From Leptogorgia sarmentosa (taxonomy: Eukaryota): a stretch of DNA of 64,000 nt. The position numbers were made by a program, and so were the translations under genes. Positions 10,874 to 22,391 of the stretch are shown piece by piece. The notes beneath the pieces are model-generated. The model was not told the origin of the DNA, did not search any database, and was given only the letters and a program-made list of their open reading frames with translations. How positions within the stretch are numbered: position 1 is the first letter of the stretch; each line of letters begins with the position of its first letter. Location: contig OZ210885.1 of NCBI GenBank assembly GCA_964658305.1, forward strand, positions 10,788,001 to 10,852,000, in the 5' to 3' direction.

Positions 10874-12258
10874 ATGTCGTTGAAAACGAAAACTTTCGAG
10901 TCTTGGAAAGAAAACAATGAATTTCTAAGAATAGATTATACTAAGACTACTTTGACGTGCGATGTTTGGGTCAAATGGAAGTCAAAAGTATCTGCATCAA
11001 ATGCGTTTATTACTGGATCAAAAAAATTGAAATCTTCTGCTGTTAATGCACATGCTAAGAGCAAGTTGCATAAACATGCTCTACAATTAGAGGAAGAAGA
11101 ACAAGCGAGGGCGGAGAATAGGAGAGCTCGTGTAGTTCAAGAAAAACCACCAAGTGACTCTGGTATCCTCCAAGCAATCAACAATTTGGCTCGGTTAAGC
11201 GAAGACGAAAAATGTGCGCTGAAGAAACTCTTTGATATTGCATATTTAATTGCTTTCAAGGCACGCCCATATTCTGATTTCACTGAGTTGATAGAGCTTG
11301 AAAAGTTGCATGGAGTTGAGTTTCTTCAGTCATGTGCATACGAGAATGATATAGCGCGCAAACTTTTTATTCACTACGCTTCAAAGTCCCTCTACGAGAA
11401 AGAGTTAAAGAACAAAATTCAGAGAGTAAGTTGACAAATTCACCAGCTCCTACATCATCCAATGCCTCAAAGTCATCTAAAGTGTCGGCCGAAGAAAGAA
11501 ATGCACCTATTGCATCAAGAAAATCTGCCTTTGTGCCAGTGCATGAGAATACAGAGGCTGTGCTACCAATAATTTCTGAGAAAGAACCTGTGGAAGACAT
11601 TTTTTGATGTCATATAAAGACACTATTCAACACAAAAGTTGACCCAGACGACTTCAAACCACATCTTGCTTTCCTTGACTTGAAATGAGTCGTGTCCCAA
11701 GATGCTGAAGGCATTACAGATGCTATCACGCGTGCATTTCAAGATTGTGATATCCGGGAGAAGTTGCAAAACATTGTGTTTTTTTAATCCGATGGAACAG
11801 CGGTAAATTCCGGGGTTCGAGCAGGAGTCATTCGTCAACTGCAACATAAATACGGTGAACACAAAAAATTTTTCTGGTGTTTATCTCATCGCCTTGAATT
11901 GGCAATTAAAGATGCCCTCAAAAATGACATGGAAGAGATCGATACCGCAATGCGTGATCTGTTCTACACCTACCAAAATTCTGGTAAACGATTGAGAGAA
12001 CTGCGTGCGCTACACGAAATATTGAAAGATGTCTATGAATTCGAAAATGAAGAAGTGAAGCCAACTAAATCAACTGCAACTCGTTGGATAGATCACAAAC
12101 TGCGTGCAATGAGACTCTTTATTGACAAAAGAGGGCTTTATTTATCACACATTCAAAATGTCATTGCGGAGACAACGGAGAAAAATGATAAGGCTAAGCT
12201 GGAAGGAATTAGAAGACGAATTGCACACGGTTCAGTGCTACTAAAATGTGCCATGTAA
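10874..12258 (+). pseudogene. hAT transposase relic (ZNF862-like)
   Basis: LKKLFDIAYLIA...PYSDF..LIELEKLHG; SDGTAVNSG; WCLSHRLELAIKDAL; TRWIDHK; stops and 3' truncation. Confidence 0.8.
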
Positions 12259-12861
12259 AATAAATAAATAAAATTCTAACTAAAATAAATAAAATTCGAG
12301 CTATCTCAAATTTTAAATTGTCCAATCATACTTACAAAAATTAACATTACTCGCTCATTTCCAACTCAAATTTAACAAACAAGCAGTCTTAAGAAAGCAG
12401 AATGATAGAGCTTTCTAACGATGGTAAATATAGCCTATTTTCTATTTCTTTTCGTTATGAAAATTGCGTTTGAACGTAGGATTGCGTTTTTTTTTAGACA
12501 CCCTGTATTCGTTATTCAATATTGGTTGGAGTATAAATAAGGTTGGAGTATTTTTACCCGTTTGAATCGGAGCATTCTTTCCGTATTATAATAGTAAATT
12601 CGTTTTAATCGATCATCACACTAGCCTATAATCGCCGAGTTGCAAAAATTGAACGTACGTTCAGCTATAGTAAGATGGATTAGAGCCTTCCTCACGTTCG
12701 TATCCGCGTAAGTATCCTAATGTAAGCTTAAACGAGATCCCAGTCTCGGAATAAAAACTACTAACTTTTAATACTGAAAAAACTGCGTGCATCTCAACAA
12801 GAATACTATGTGTTACTCCTAATGTAACCTTAAACGAGATCCCAGTCTCGAAACAACTTAT

Positions 12862-13697
12862 CCCCGAGCCACGGCGCGAAGCGCCGTCCGGGCGTTAGCC
12901 CGGGGCGAGGGTAATAATTCCGCCATAGCGGAGTCCAAAGTTGCTCGATTTGGCGGCCATTTTGGGTTACTGTGTATGGGTGGTCATCACTGATCTCAAA
13001 ATTAGGCTGGACCATCATGACGAGCCGAAGCTTTTTAAAGACTTAAAGCTTTTGGAAAGGCGAAAATAAAGACAAGATCTACGCTGTAGGACTTGAAAAG
13101 CCTTCTCAGAAGATATAAAACGCTGAGAAAAGGGCACAATCGACTACGGATTGAAACACAAGATAAGTTCGTCAATATGTTGCCGGCAGAGAACGTTTGT
13201 TTTGCGTATTTACTATCTACAGTCTACTATTTGTATGAAAGGTCGCCGTAGCCGCATTTAATCTATTCACAGCTCAATTCCAGAGTATAAGTTTATCGTT
13301 TTAAAGGCAAGACTTCACAAAATATTTACAAACTTTACCCCCAAAAGAACACGAGCGTCGAGCGAACATTGGCTGGAAATTGTTTGGGCAAAGACTGACT
13401 TGTATATTTTATATTTAAAACGTTTTGTACAAATAAATGTAGTATTTCGCACCAAATTCAAGTTTATATTAGTCTTAATAACGTACGGATAACAAATGGT
13501 TCTCGAAATTTAAAAAAATGCCAATAAAACAAAGATAAAAGCTGATATTTTGAGTGTTTTCAAAAAAATACAGAAATATGAATTCCGATCGTGTTGCCAT
13601 GACAACAACCTCAGGCAGCCTTTGAAGTACTTCATGTTCCAAAAATATAATCGCATTGGTTAGTAAGGCGAGGGGTTGCTGCATGTATGTATTTCTA
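12862..13697. mobile_element. Non-autonomous element with a terminal Y-shaped hairpin (Crypton-like)
   Basis: Absent from the inverted paralog near 29295-29325; begins with branched hairpin 12862-12911. Confidence 0.55.
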
Positions 13698-13983
13698 GTT
13701 AACTGTTAACTGAGTACGCTATGGCCCACACTATGCGTGGCAAACGAGGATATAATTTCTCAATACACGGACAAAAGATAAGAGGAACTGAGACGTCAGG
13801 TTTCAGTCAAGCACCTCAACCTGACAGCAGAAGCACGCAGCAAGGTCGGAAATAAAGACCACCGCCTTAGCGTTACCCCCTAGAGGGCCCCGCAAACAGG
13901 CACAAACACGAAGAGTACTGCTTCCTAAATCAAGGCAAAACGATGCACGAACGAATGACCAACACGTACGGAATTCACAACAC

Positions 13984-14150
13984 TTCTTCAACTCTTCGAT
14001 TCTTCAACTCTTCGATTCTTCAACTCTTCGATTCTTCAACTCTTCGATTCTTCAACTCTTCGATTCTTCCAGTCTTATTGTCTTCGATTCTTCGAGTCCC
14101 ATTGTCTTCGATTCTTCGAGTCCTATTGTCTTCGATTCTTCAAGTCTTCG
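13984..14150. repeat. Minisatellite: (TTCTTCAACTCTTCGA)x5 followed by ~3 related 24-mers
   Basis: Direct reading. Confidence 0.9.
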
Positions 14151-15194
14151 CCCGGAGGCGATTCACTTGCTATTTCGAGCCATATTTTAACAGAGAAAAG
14201 CGACCTTAAGATTACGGGACGTGGCCGCCCGAAATGTAATATTCAATTTTCAGTTTATAGCGCATGCGTGATTTCACGTCGTCAAAGTTTTTATCACTAG
14301 CTTTGTTCTTTCATGGAATGGCTCAATCAACTAAAACTATACATCGCTTCACAGATGATACAACAAAAGAGTAGTTTTATAACAATCTTATTGTCTTTAT
14401 TTTTTAAAACGTTTTTTAGTGATAATCTTAATGCGAAGAATTTAGCGCTCTGGATTTGAACAAATATCACTGGTTGAAACCAACGTGGTTGTTTTATTTC
14501 CAGGGAGACGACGTTGCCGGCGAACTTTCTCTTCCCCGCTTTTATCATGCGCTCGCTCACCTAGCTGCCCGGTAGCACTCTTTCACGACCGGTGGGTGAG
14601 TGCGGAAATGGTAGGCAGCAGTCACACATAGAGATCAGAAGGAGACTCGGACTGCGCTTCGGTTGGTTGTGTCAAAAGGGAGACGCAAAGGTGGCATGTT
14701 CGTTTCAGAAATGTTTGGCATGTTCATTCAGACAATGTGTATTTACTAGCAGTTTGTATGTATGTATGCAGTTGTCAGTCCATACAGTGTCCCGAAAAAT
14801 GTTAATTAGATCCAACTTTATTTCATTTTACATCTCGTGTTTATAATCCCTGTCGCTATGTATTATCTTTGGCTTAGTTAGATAAATATAGTGCCAAGTC
14901 TGACAGCTCACAGATGCAGGGACTTCGGCCCTTGCTACTTGCTGATTATCTATCGACACATTTGCGTTTTGTTTTTATGTCCATTGACATAATACTGTTT
15001 TACCTACAATGTATAATACGATACGTAATTATAGTCCAACTTCGTATCATCATATCACGTGAAAGATATATTTCCGAAGCTTTTCAAAAACTGGCCAATA
15101 TTACATTACTGAATTAGTCTATCTTCGTATCATGAAAAAATCTTCCCAGGTTTTTAGAAGTGATGAAATATATATCCCGTATACGAAATACTCT

Positions 15195-15390
15195 GTTCAA
15201 TTATTGACCACGTATTAATTAATGTCGAAATCTATCTTTTTATTTTTTAGTCCCCAAATATATTTCGAAAGTTTTGTTTAATTTGAGTAACTTTTGTGGT
15301 TAAAAGATTTAATGTGGTTTCCATATCGCTCTTTAAATGTTCTTGCTGACATGCCTATGTAGTGTTTTAAGCTGCTTGTGCTTGTGCAGG
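15195..15390 (-). pseudogene. Penelope-like GIY-YIG endonuclease fragment (mirror copy ~24555-24750 +)
   Basis: KHYIGMS..FKERYGNH.KSFNHKSYSN.TKLSKYIWGLK. Confidence 0.7.
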
Positions 15391-15790
15391 TGTCACGCTA
15401 TGGGGGTATTCTTCCCCAGAAAATTTTTGAAGTTGCAAAGCCTGGGATGGCATCTACGGCGATTTCAGCGACAAAATTAATGAAAACGAATTTGTGTTTG
15501 GTTCACCGGTAGTGAATGACTGGAATCACTACTAAAATAAGGTAAATACAAGAGGCAAAAGTATCTTCAAATATTTTTAATTTCAAGGTAGGGATATAAA
15601 TATATAGCTAGGGATATATATTTTATGTTATTTACCAGCTAAGAGAACCTGCAGCCATTACACCACAGAACCTTAGCACGACAATATTTCCCCATTGTTT
15701 CACATTTCTACGTTTCGTTGATAGCGAAAGGAATCTCTTCAAACGATGTGGATGTTTACTAAAAAGAAATTATATTGTCAGCACGTCACA

Positions 15791-15872
15791 GGTAGCGTGG
15801 CCGAGTGGTCTAAGGCGCTGGTTTTAGGCACCAGTCATTTCGATGACGTGGGTTCGAATCCCACCGCTGCCA
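15791..15872 (+). tRNA. tRNA-Leu(TAG)
   Basis: GGTAGCGTGGCCGAGTGGTCTAAGGCG-CTGGT-TT-TAG-GC-ACCAG...GGTTCGAATCCCACCGCTGCCA. Confidence 0.92.
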
Positions 15873-16241
15873 AATTTTCGTTGTTCATGGCTGTTTTGAG
15901 CTGACGTTAGTTTTAAAACGTGATGCTTCCTCTCTATTATTTGTTAAAATTCATAATTTAACCCCCAACGGAAGAAAGTAAAATTAACAATATTCTAATT
16001 TTACCCTCGTTTTTGCATTGGTTTCTATCCCTTAGTGTCCCCTCAGTAATTAAAATAACAAGCTCAACTTGTCATTAATCTGTCTCTTGGATCAATTTGA
16101 TTCGATTAACTCTGAATTGCAACATGGATGGTGGAAGGGAAAGGCAATAAAATTCGCTGCATTACAAAATATTCAAAAATAGGCTCTGCCAAAACTTGCA
16201 CGTTTCTTTTCACATGTAACAAATGATCCACAAATTGTCAC

Positions 16242-16315
16242 TACCATGGTGTGGTTCTCTGGTTTGAATCCAGCGCTTTTACCGCCATGGCCCGGGTTAG
16301 ATTTCCAGCATTGGA
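16242..16315 (+). pseudogene. Degenerate tRNA-Glu
   Basis: Similar to Glu copies at 20765 and 22151 but with broken stems. Confidence 0.6.
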
Positions 16316-17109
16316 ATTCTATCTGAAAATTTGAATTTGAAATAGTTTCTGTTCAAATCGTCAAACTCATTCTCTGAAAACAGACCAGTTTAACAATATC
16401 ACGACCTTGTGCCCCAAGCAGAAATTTTTTTGGGATCATTTCGCGGCTTGGTTACCAAGCACTGATCCAATTCTGACTCTAAACAGAAAATATGGTCTTT
16501 TCATTTTCTTTTTGTTTTTCTAATCCAGGCCCAAACAGTAATTCTGACCCTAACAACAAAATGCTGAGAAAAAAAGCTTGAAAAAAAAACAAACAAAATG
16601 CCAAAAAATGGCAGAAAACCAACACGCGATATCCTTTCCGGACATTAATTCTTAACATGTCTCCTCTCGTCACCCAACGAGTGCAGTGGCGCGACTCGTT
16701 TGAGCCGGAGGCTGTAATATATTTTTGTTTTACCGACGGGCAACAGAATATTTTTATTTCGTTGCATTTCAATTTCAATTGCAACACAAATAGAAAATAA
16801 TTCTTGCCATGTTTCATAACCTTAATACAATAAAAACAAGACTTCATTCCGTTGATTTTGTGGATGGAAAACTTGTACATTGAATCTGTCACTTTAAACA
16901 TTCAGCCACTACTACCGAGAACAGAACTTCCTCTCATCGAGTTTCCAAAAAAAATTCATGTTTAGACTTTGCATAAAGTAGTCGGCAGGATTTGGACCTG
17001 CGTGGGAAACTCCCAACAGAATTCTAGCATGTAATAATAAACAGAACTTCAACGGTGACGACGTCCGTAATGGTAATTAGCTACAATACTTTTGGCTGTA
17101 TAAAACAGA

Positions 17110-17184
17110 TGCCGTGACCAGGATTCGAACCTGGGTTATTGCGGCCACAACGCAATGTACTACTAACCACTATACGATCACGGC
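17110..17184 (-). tRNA. tRNA-His(GTG) with a 3-nt duplication in the D arm (possible pseudogene)
   Basis: GCCGTGATCGTATAGTGGTTAGTAGTACATTGCGTTGTGGCCGCAATAACCCAGGTTCGAATCCTGGTCACGGCA. Confidence 0.8.
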
Positions 17185-17299
17185 GACGTCGCTGCAACAA
17201 TGGAAAATGTTTTGGAAGGGCTGAGATATTACATTAATTAATCCCATATTTTTCTTCGTCAGTACAAATTACATTAGAGAACTTTTTGATACCATCAAT

Positions 17300-17371
17300 G
17301 GCTTGCTGGTCTAGTGGTATGATTCTCGCTTAGGGTGCGAGAGGTCACGGGTTCGATTCCCGTGCAAGCCT
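17300..17371 (+). tRNA. tRNA-Pro(AGG)
   Basis: GGCTTGCTGGTCTAGTGGTATGATT-CTCGC-TT-AGG-GT-GCGAG...GTTCGATTCCCGTGCAAGCCT. Confidence 0.92.
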
Positions 17372-17509
17372 TAGTTAATTAACCAAGTAAGATGTTCTGT
17401 TTTTTGAAAACTTCCGTAAATCCTTAGAAAACCCCGCGCAAAAAAAACGGTTACATTTACCGTCACGACGTCTGAACACACTAAACACGTCCCTAATAAT
17501 GGATATTAT

Positions 17510-17965
17510 TATACATTTAATATTTATTCTCGTTCCTGATTGGTCAGAAAGCACCGGCTAATTCTCAGTATTCGGCATTTTTTACGTATTTTCCGCCGAT
17601 GACGTCATCGGCGTCCAATAATTATTTTTTTGGATCGAACTTGCATCCAAAAGAAATATTATTGGACTCTCTCGTGCCCAAGCCCTTGTGCTGTCAAAAG
17701 CTTGAAGCTAAAAGCGCGCGAAAAAACAAACAAACAGTGGCCAGCAGCAGATTTGCTTCGCTAAATGAAAGTGAACTCTCCAAATTACCGTGTCTTTTAA
17801 ATGTATAATAAAACAATTATTGGATTCGGCTTTCGCATGATATCAAGAATTATTCAGACCTCGGTCAATGTTATCCGCCTCAGCTTCGCTTCGGCAGATA
17901 ACATTGACCTCGGTCTGAATAATTCTTGATATCATGCTCAGCCTCATCCAATAACTGTTTATTAT
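17510..17965 (+). mobile_element. Non-autonomous Crypton-type element with terminal hairpin, flanked by TATTAT
   Basis: Inverted repeat TATTATACATTT / AAATGTATAATA; hairpin 17811-17960; empty paralogous site GGATATTATTTTTG at ~22954-22967. Confidence 0.8.
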
Positions 17966-18231
17966 TTTTGGTCAAAAATCTCATTTTATGCGAAAGGAAA
18001 TCCAACGGCAATAATAAACAGAACTTCAACGGTGACGATGCTCGTAATCGTGAATACAATACTTTTTGCTGTTTGACACAGATGCCGAGACCAGGATTCG
18101 AAAGTTTTCAAGTATTGGTGGATATATTTAACACGAATCGTAGCATATACATCGTAACCCTTTGGGTGACATATTTCCCATCAGCCCGCTTTGAGGAATT
18201 TGAAAGGTTTCCAGTTTATAGGTATGATAAG

Positions 18232-18303
18232 AAGGAATGGGCGGGTTTGAACCACCGACCTCTCGATCTGCAGTCGAATGCTCTACCACTGAGCTACACT
18301 CCC
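18232..18303 (-). tRNA. tRNA-Cys(GCA)
   Basis: GGGAGTGTAGCTCAGTGGTAGAGCATTCGACTGCAGATCGAGAGGTCGGTGGTTCAAACCCGCCCATTCCTT. Confidence 0.85.
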
Positions 18304-18607
18304 TGTGTAGTCTACTAGGTTAATTACGCACATATACTTTCAAACGCAGCTATAATCAAATCACGGACCTCTGTTCTTTCAATTTTACATTCAAATACAA
18401 AATCTTTCTTGGCATGTTTCATAACCTTAATGCAATAAAAAACGCGACTTCTTTCCGTTGATTTTGTAGATGGAAAACTTGGGCATTGAATCTGTCACTT
18501 TAAACACTCAGCCACCACCACCGAGAACACAACTTCCTGTCATCGAGTTTTTCCCCAAAACAATTCATGTTTATCTTCGAGGCCAAAATTTTAAAGATTT
18601 TGCATAA

Positions 18608-18689
18608 CGTAGTCTGCAGGATTTGAACCTGCGCGGGAAACTCCCAACAGATTTCTAGTCTGTCGCCTTTACCGCTCGGCCACGACTAC
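18608..18689 (-). tRNA. tRNA-Ser(AGA)
   Basis: GTAGTCGTGGCCGAGCGGTAAAGGCGACAGACTAGAAATCTGTT...GGTTCAAATCCTGCAGACTACG. Confidence 0.88.
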
Positions 18690-19012
18690 GTTGCTACAAC
18701 CAACCGGTTTCACGTTGTTCATTAACGAACATTCACATCCATCTACAACTGACGTACACATTCTCAGCGCTACACTCTGAACAATAGAAACTTTCTATTT
18801 TCAGGTCTTTGCAAAACTCTCTCCTGCAAGTTAATTCCAAATTCCACTCGAAACCATTGTATTAGCAATACTTATTTTTTTTCCAAACGTAGTGAAATGG
18901 TGGAAAGATATGAAACTTGAACTAAAATATATAGAATGCTACCTACCTGTGCAGGAACATGCCTGAATTTGCCTGAAGCCACATTTTACCTCCAGACACG
19001 CGTGTCAACTTT

Positions 19013-19083
19013 GCGTTGGTGGTTCAGTGGTAGAATTCTCGCCTGCCACCCTTGAGACCGGGGCTTGATTCACAGCAAACGCA
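19013..19083 (+). pseudogene. Degenerate tRNA-Gly(GCC)
   Basis: 5' half intact; anticodon and T stems mutated. Confidence 0.7.
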
Positions 19084-19167
19084 GAATGTTTTCATTTTGT
19101 TGCATTTCAATTGCAACTCGAGAAAAAATGTGGGTTTGTAACACCGACATGATATCAAAATTGCAAC

Positions 19168-19226
19168 TCCCATGTGGTCTAGTGGTTAGGATCTGGCGTT
19201 TTCACCGCCATGGCCCGGCGTGGGAA
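19168..19226 (+). pseudogene. tRNA-Glu(TTC) lacking the T-loop (deletion between CCCGG repeats)
   Basis: TCCCATGTGGTCTAGTGGTTAGGATCTGGCGTTTTCACCGCCATGGCCCGGCGTGGGAA. Confidence 0.75.
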
Positions 19227-19698
19227 TATTTTCAGAAAATTTCTATTTGGAACAGTTTGTCTTCACATATTCAATCTCGCCCGAGACTGGGATTAGATTC
19301 CCGGCTAACGCAGAATATTTTCGTTCTGATGAGTTTCAATTTCAATTGCAACACTAGAAAAAACGCAGCTTTGTAACACAGACATAATACACTGTAATAA
19401 TTTTATCCATACCAGAGGATGGTAAAAATTAATATTTTCTGATATCACCCTCTTTTAGCTAAAACTATTTGATTGCCACAAACTCTTTTGATCGTGGACA
19501 GAGTTTTTGCATTGCTTTTTAAATTCTTGACTTTTACTCGTCATAATTTCCCATTAGTAATTAATTTTACAATCTCCCCTTCGCATTAATTTCGTTCTTG
19601 GATCAATTTGTTTCAATTAACTTTGAATTAAAAAAAGGAAGGCGGAAGAGAAAGGTAATAAAATTCGCAGCATTTTAAAAACATTCAAATGTCAAAAT

Positions 19699-19758
19699 AG
19701 GCTCTGGCGAGACTTGAACTCGGAAGTCCAAAGTGGTAACCATTACACAACAGAACCT
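19699..19758 (-). pseudogene. tRNA-Gln relic lacking most of the anticodon arm
   Basis: GGTTCTGTTGTGTAATGGTTACCACTTTGGAC...TCCGAGTTCAAGTCTCGCCAGAGCCT. Confidence 0.55.
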
Positions 19759-19882
19759 TACCACGATCTTGACAATGTTTCCCAGTTGTTTAACGTTTCT
19801 TCCTTTTTTTCGCAGCAAAAGGCACACTCTTCATTCGACGTGGTTATTTTCAAAACACGAATCATATAACCAACTCGTTAAG

Positions 19883-19964
19883 GGTAGCGTGGCCGAGTGG
19901 TCTAAGGCGCTGGTTTAAGGCACCAGTCATTTCGATGACGTGGGTTCGAATCCCATCGCTGCCA
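19883..19964 (+). tRNA. tRNA-Leu(AAG)
   Basis: Same body as the 15791 copy, with CTGGT-TT-AAG-GC-ACCAG. Confidence 0.9.
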
Positions 19965-20177
19965 AATTGTTCATGGACGTTGCGATTGATTTAGCAACTG
20001 TAAACTGACGAGTGTGTTTTGTTAAATAGAAAGCTTGTTGGTTCGAGTCCAACCAGGGACGTGTTTGGTGTGTTCAGACGTCGTGACGGTAAATGTAACC
20101 GAAATTTTTGCGCGAGGTTTTCTAAGGATTTATGGTATCTTTCAAAAAAGAGAACATCTTACTTGGTTAATTAACTA

Positions 20178-20249
20178 GGGCTTGCACGGGAATCGAACCC
20201 GTGACCTCTCGCACCCAAAGCGAGAATCATACCACTAGACCAGCAAGCC
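20178..20249 (-). tRNA. tRNA-Pro(TGG)
   Basis: CTCGC-TT-TGG-GT-GCGAG; body otherwise near-identical to the 17300 copy. Confidence 0.92.
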
Positions 20250-20575
20250 ATTGATGGTATCAAATTGTTTTCTAATGTATTTTGAAAACGAAGAAAAATT
20301 TGTGACGAGGAAAAATTTGGGATTAATGTTTCCAAAACATTTTCCAATCGATCTTCCCGGAAAAAATCAGATTTTGGTGAAACAATAGTGTCCATTATTG
20401 CTGTATTTTTACGACCCAGAGGGTTAAGATGGATATACTACCATTCGTGTTAAATATATCCACCAATGCTTGAAAACGATTAGTCCTGCTGTTAATTACT
20501 GCAATATTTTGTTGGATTTTACTGGCAGATTGAAGACATTTTCATTTCGAAGTGCAAGTAAATATTAATGCCAAC

Positions 20576-20636
20576 GTAGTCGTAGCCAAGTGTTTAAGGC
20601 GAAATTCCCGCGCATGTTCAAATCCTGCCGACTACG
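20576..20636 (+). pseudogene. tRNA-Ser relic with anticodon arm deleted
   Basis: GTAGTCGTAGCCAAG...GTTCAAATCCTGCCGACTACG. Confidence 0.65.
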
Positions 20637-20764
20637 CAAAAGCGAATTTTCTTCTAGGATGTAGCTATTTGGCAAAATTAATAGCGTAGTAGCGCTGTTA
20701 AAATGGTTTGATTTCAGAGAACGAGTTTGAAAATGTTGATTCAAATTGAAATTTTCAGAAAAAA

Positions 20765-20830
20765 ATCCCACGCCGGGAATCGAACCGGGACCATTGCGGT
20801 GAAAACGCCAGATCCTGACCACTAGACCAG
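20765..20830 (-). pseudogene. 5'-truncated tRNA-Glu(TTC)
   Basis: TGGTCTAGTGGTCAGGATCTGGCGTTTTCACCGC...GGTTCGATTCCCGGCGTGGGA. Confidence 0.7.
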
Positions 20831-20918
20831 TCTGATCAGTTTCCACATCTTGGATAGCTCATGTAACATATTCGTGACAATTGTCTTCACTGTGCTTCGA
20901 AGAAATCGAGAAAAATTG

Positions 20919-21003
20919 AGCCTCATCAGAGATTTGAACTCTGGACCCCTGGTTTACTAGCTGTTTTACTAGACCAGTGCTCTAACCCCTGAGCTAATGA
21001 GGC
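20919..21003 (-). tRNA. tRNA-Thr(AGT) with the same 12-nt anticodon-loop insertion
   Basis: GCCTCATTAGCTCAGGGGTTAGAGCACTGGTCTAGTAAAACAGCTAGTAAACCAGGGGTCCAGAGTTCAAATCTCTGATGAGGCT. Confidence 0.82.
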
Positions 21004-21315
21004 ACGTTGTCAACTCCCTGTTGCTTTCACAAGCTTGCCGTTGAATTTTATTACCTAATTTACCTTTGCTATTCTTCACTAATTCATTCATATTGCAAAA
21101 TCATTAAAATTCAGATTATATGTCCTGGTTTTCTACCTTTGACAAACGATTACTCCCAGAGTCGTTAAGTCTGTTAGAAGTTCCTCACTTCCTGTTATAA
21201 GTTCCCCGCTTATTGACTTCCTGTGTGAAAGTTGTAACTTAAAACCACTAAATGGCACCACAAATTTCGAACAATAATTATCTAAACTGAATTATATTAT
21301 TTTGCGCGTAGGTCA

Positions 21316-21388
21316 GTTTCCGTTGTGTAGTGGTTATCACATGCGCTTAACACGCGCAAGGTCCTCAGTTCGAACCTGGGCGGAAACA
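21316..21388 (+). tRNA. tRNA-Val(AAC)
   Basis: GTTTCCGTTGTGTAGTGGTTATCACATGCGCTTAACACGCGC...GTTCGAACCTGGGCGGAAACA. Confidence 0.88.
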
Positions 21389-21519
21389 TACATATGAGCT
21401 TTTTTAACTGCAGATATTTTTTTCTTTGGAATTTTTCGGAAAAATATTCTTGGTGATATCGAATTTGTGTGAATAAATCAGCTCTGCAAAGAAATGTTCT
21501 CAATTTTTTGTAAATTTGT

Positions 21520-21643
21520 TGTCAGGAGTGGGATTCGAACCCACGACCACATGTGTGGACCAGAACGCCCTATTATGTCAAGGTTGATCGTGACAAGTTT
21601 TTGCACTTGAGTCTGGCGCCTTAGACAGTTCGGCCATCCTGAC
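21520..21643 (-). tRNA. tRNA-Leu(CAA) with intron
   Basis: Mirror of 727-849. Confidence 0.85.
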
Positions 21644-21785
21644 AAGCATGAAAACATAGAATTTCCTACCACATTTATTCTTTGCTACCTTCAACATGCC
21701 ACATCCCGTTCTGATTTTCTCTTGAGAACTGACCTGATCCGAAGACGTGACGGTCGGTATAAAATGGAATAAAATGAAAATAATC

Positions 21786-21856
21786 TGCGTTAGCGGGGAA
21801 TCGAACCCCGGTCTCCCGCGTGGCAGGCGAGAATTCTACCACTGAACCACCAACGC
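21786..21856 (-). tRNA. tRNA-Gly(GCC)
   Basis: GCGTTGGTGGTTCAGTGGTAGAATTCTCGCCTGCCACGCGGGAGACCGGGGTTCGATTCCCCGCTAACGCA. Confidence 0.92.
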
Positions 21857-22150
21857 AAAGTTGCCCAATTCGTTCGTGATAGCTAATGTTCATATTCCAC
21901 GAGATGCCGAACATTTTTACCAATTGAAACATCTTCAACTAATAAATCAGAGTATAAGTTCTAGGAAATTTTTACACTTTAAACATGATCAGCAAAATCA
22001 ATTTTTTTGTGGAAAAGCAAGATCATGTCAATAAGGACTTAAATACAGAAAACACCAAAAGAATGGGTAAGAGGAATAGAGCTAGTATAATAGAAATGGT
22101 TTTGCTAATTTCTCGAATTGTATATATTTTTCCTTCTCTCGCAAGTATTA

Positions 22151-22222
22151 TTCCCATGAGGGGAATCGAACCCGGACCTTGGCGGTGAGAGCGCCAGATC
22201 CTTACCACTGGACTACATGGGA
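22151..22222 (-). tRNA. tRNA-Glu(CTC)
   Basis: TCCCATGTAGTCCAGTGGTAAGGATCTGGCGCTCTCACCGCCAAGGTCCGGGTTCGATTCCCCTCATGGGAA; some mismatches. Confidence 0.75.
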
Positions 22223-22318
22223 GAAACATTTATCTTTTCTGGGAAGGTGAAAATAACGAAAATATTTTTAATTTGAATTTCGAAGAGAATGTCGAGAGAC
22301 AGCGTGGTCAGAAGTGCT

Positions 22319-22391
22319 TGACCTTGAAGTGAATTGAACACTTAACCTTCTAATGTGGAATCAGACGCGCTACCAATTGCGTCACAAGGTC
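22319..22391 (-). pseudogene. Degenerate tRNA-Trp(CCA)
   Basis: GACCTTGTGACGCAATTGGTAGCGCGTCTGATTCCACATTAGAAGGTTAAGTGTTCAATTCACTTCAAGGTCA. Confidence 0.7.

Larger units (their letters stand above)
14180..16315. repeat. Left arm of a ~2.1-kb inverted repeat (right arm 23672-25758)
   Basis: Sequence and mirrored ORF translations (e.g. 14914+ vs 24818-) align throughout. Confidence 0.92.

Noticed and set aside
14560..14950. Possible structured ncRNA (UUCG-loop hairpin GCAGGGAC-TTCG-GCCCTTGC)
   Set aside because: I could not recognise any snRNA, RNase P, SRP or ribozyme motif; one hairpin is insufficient.
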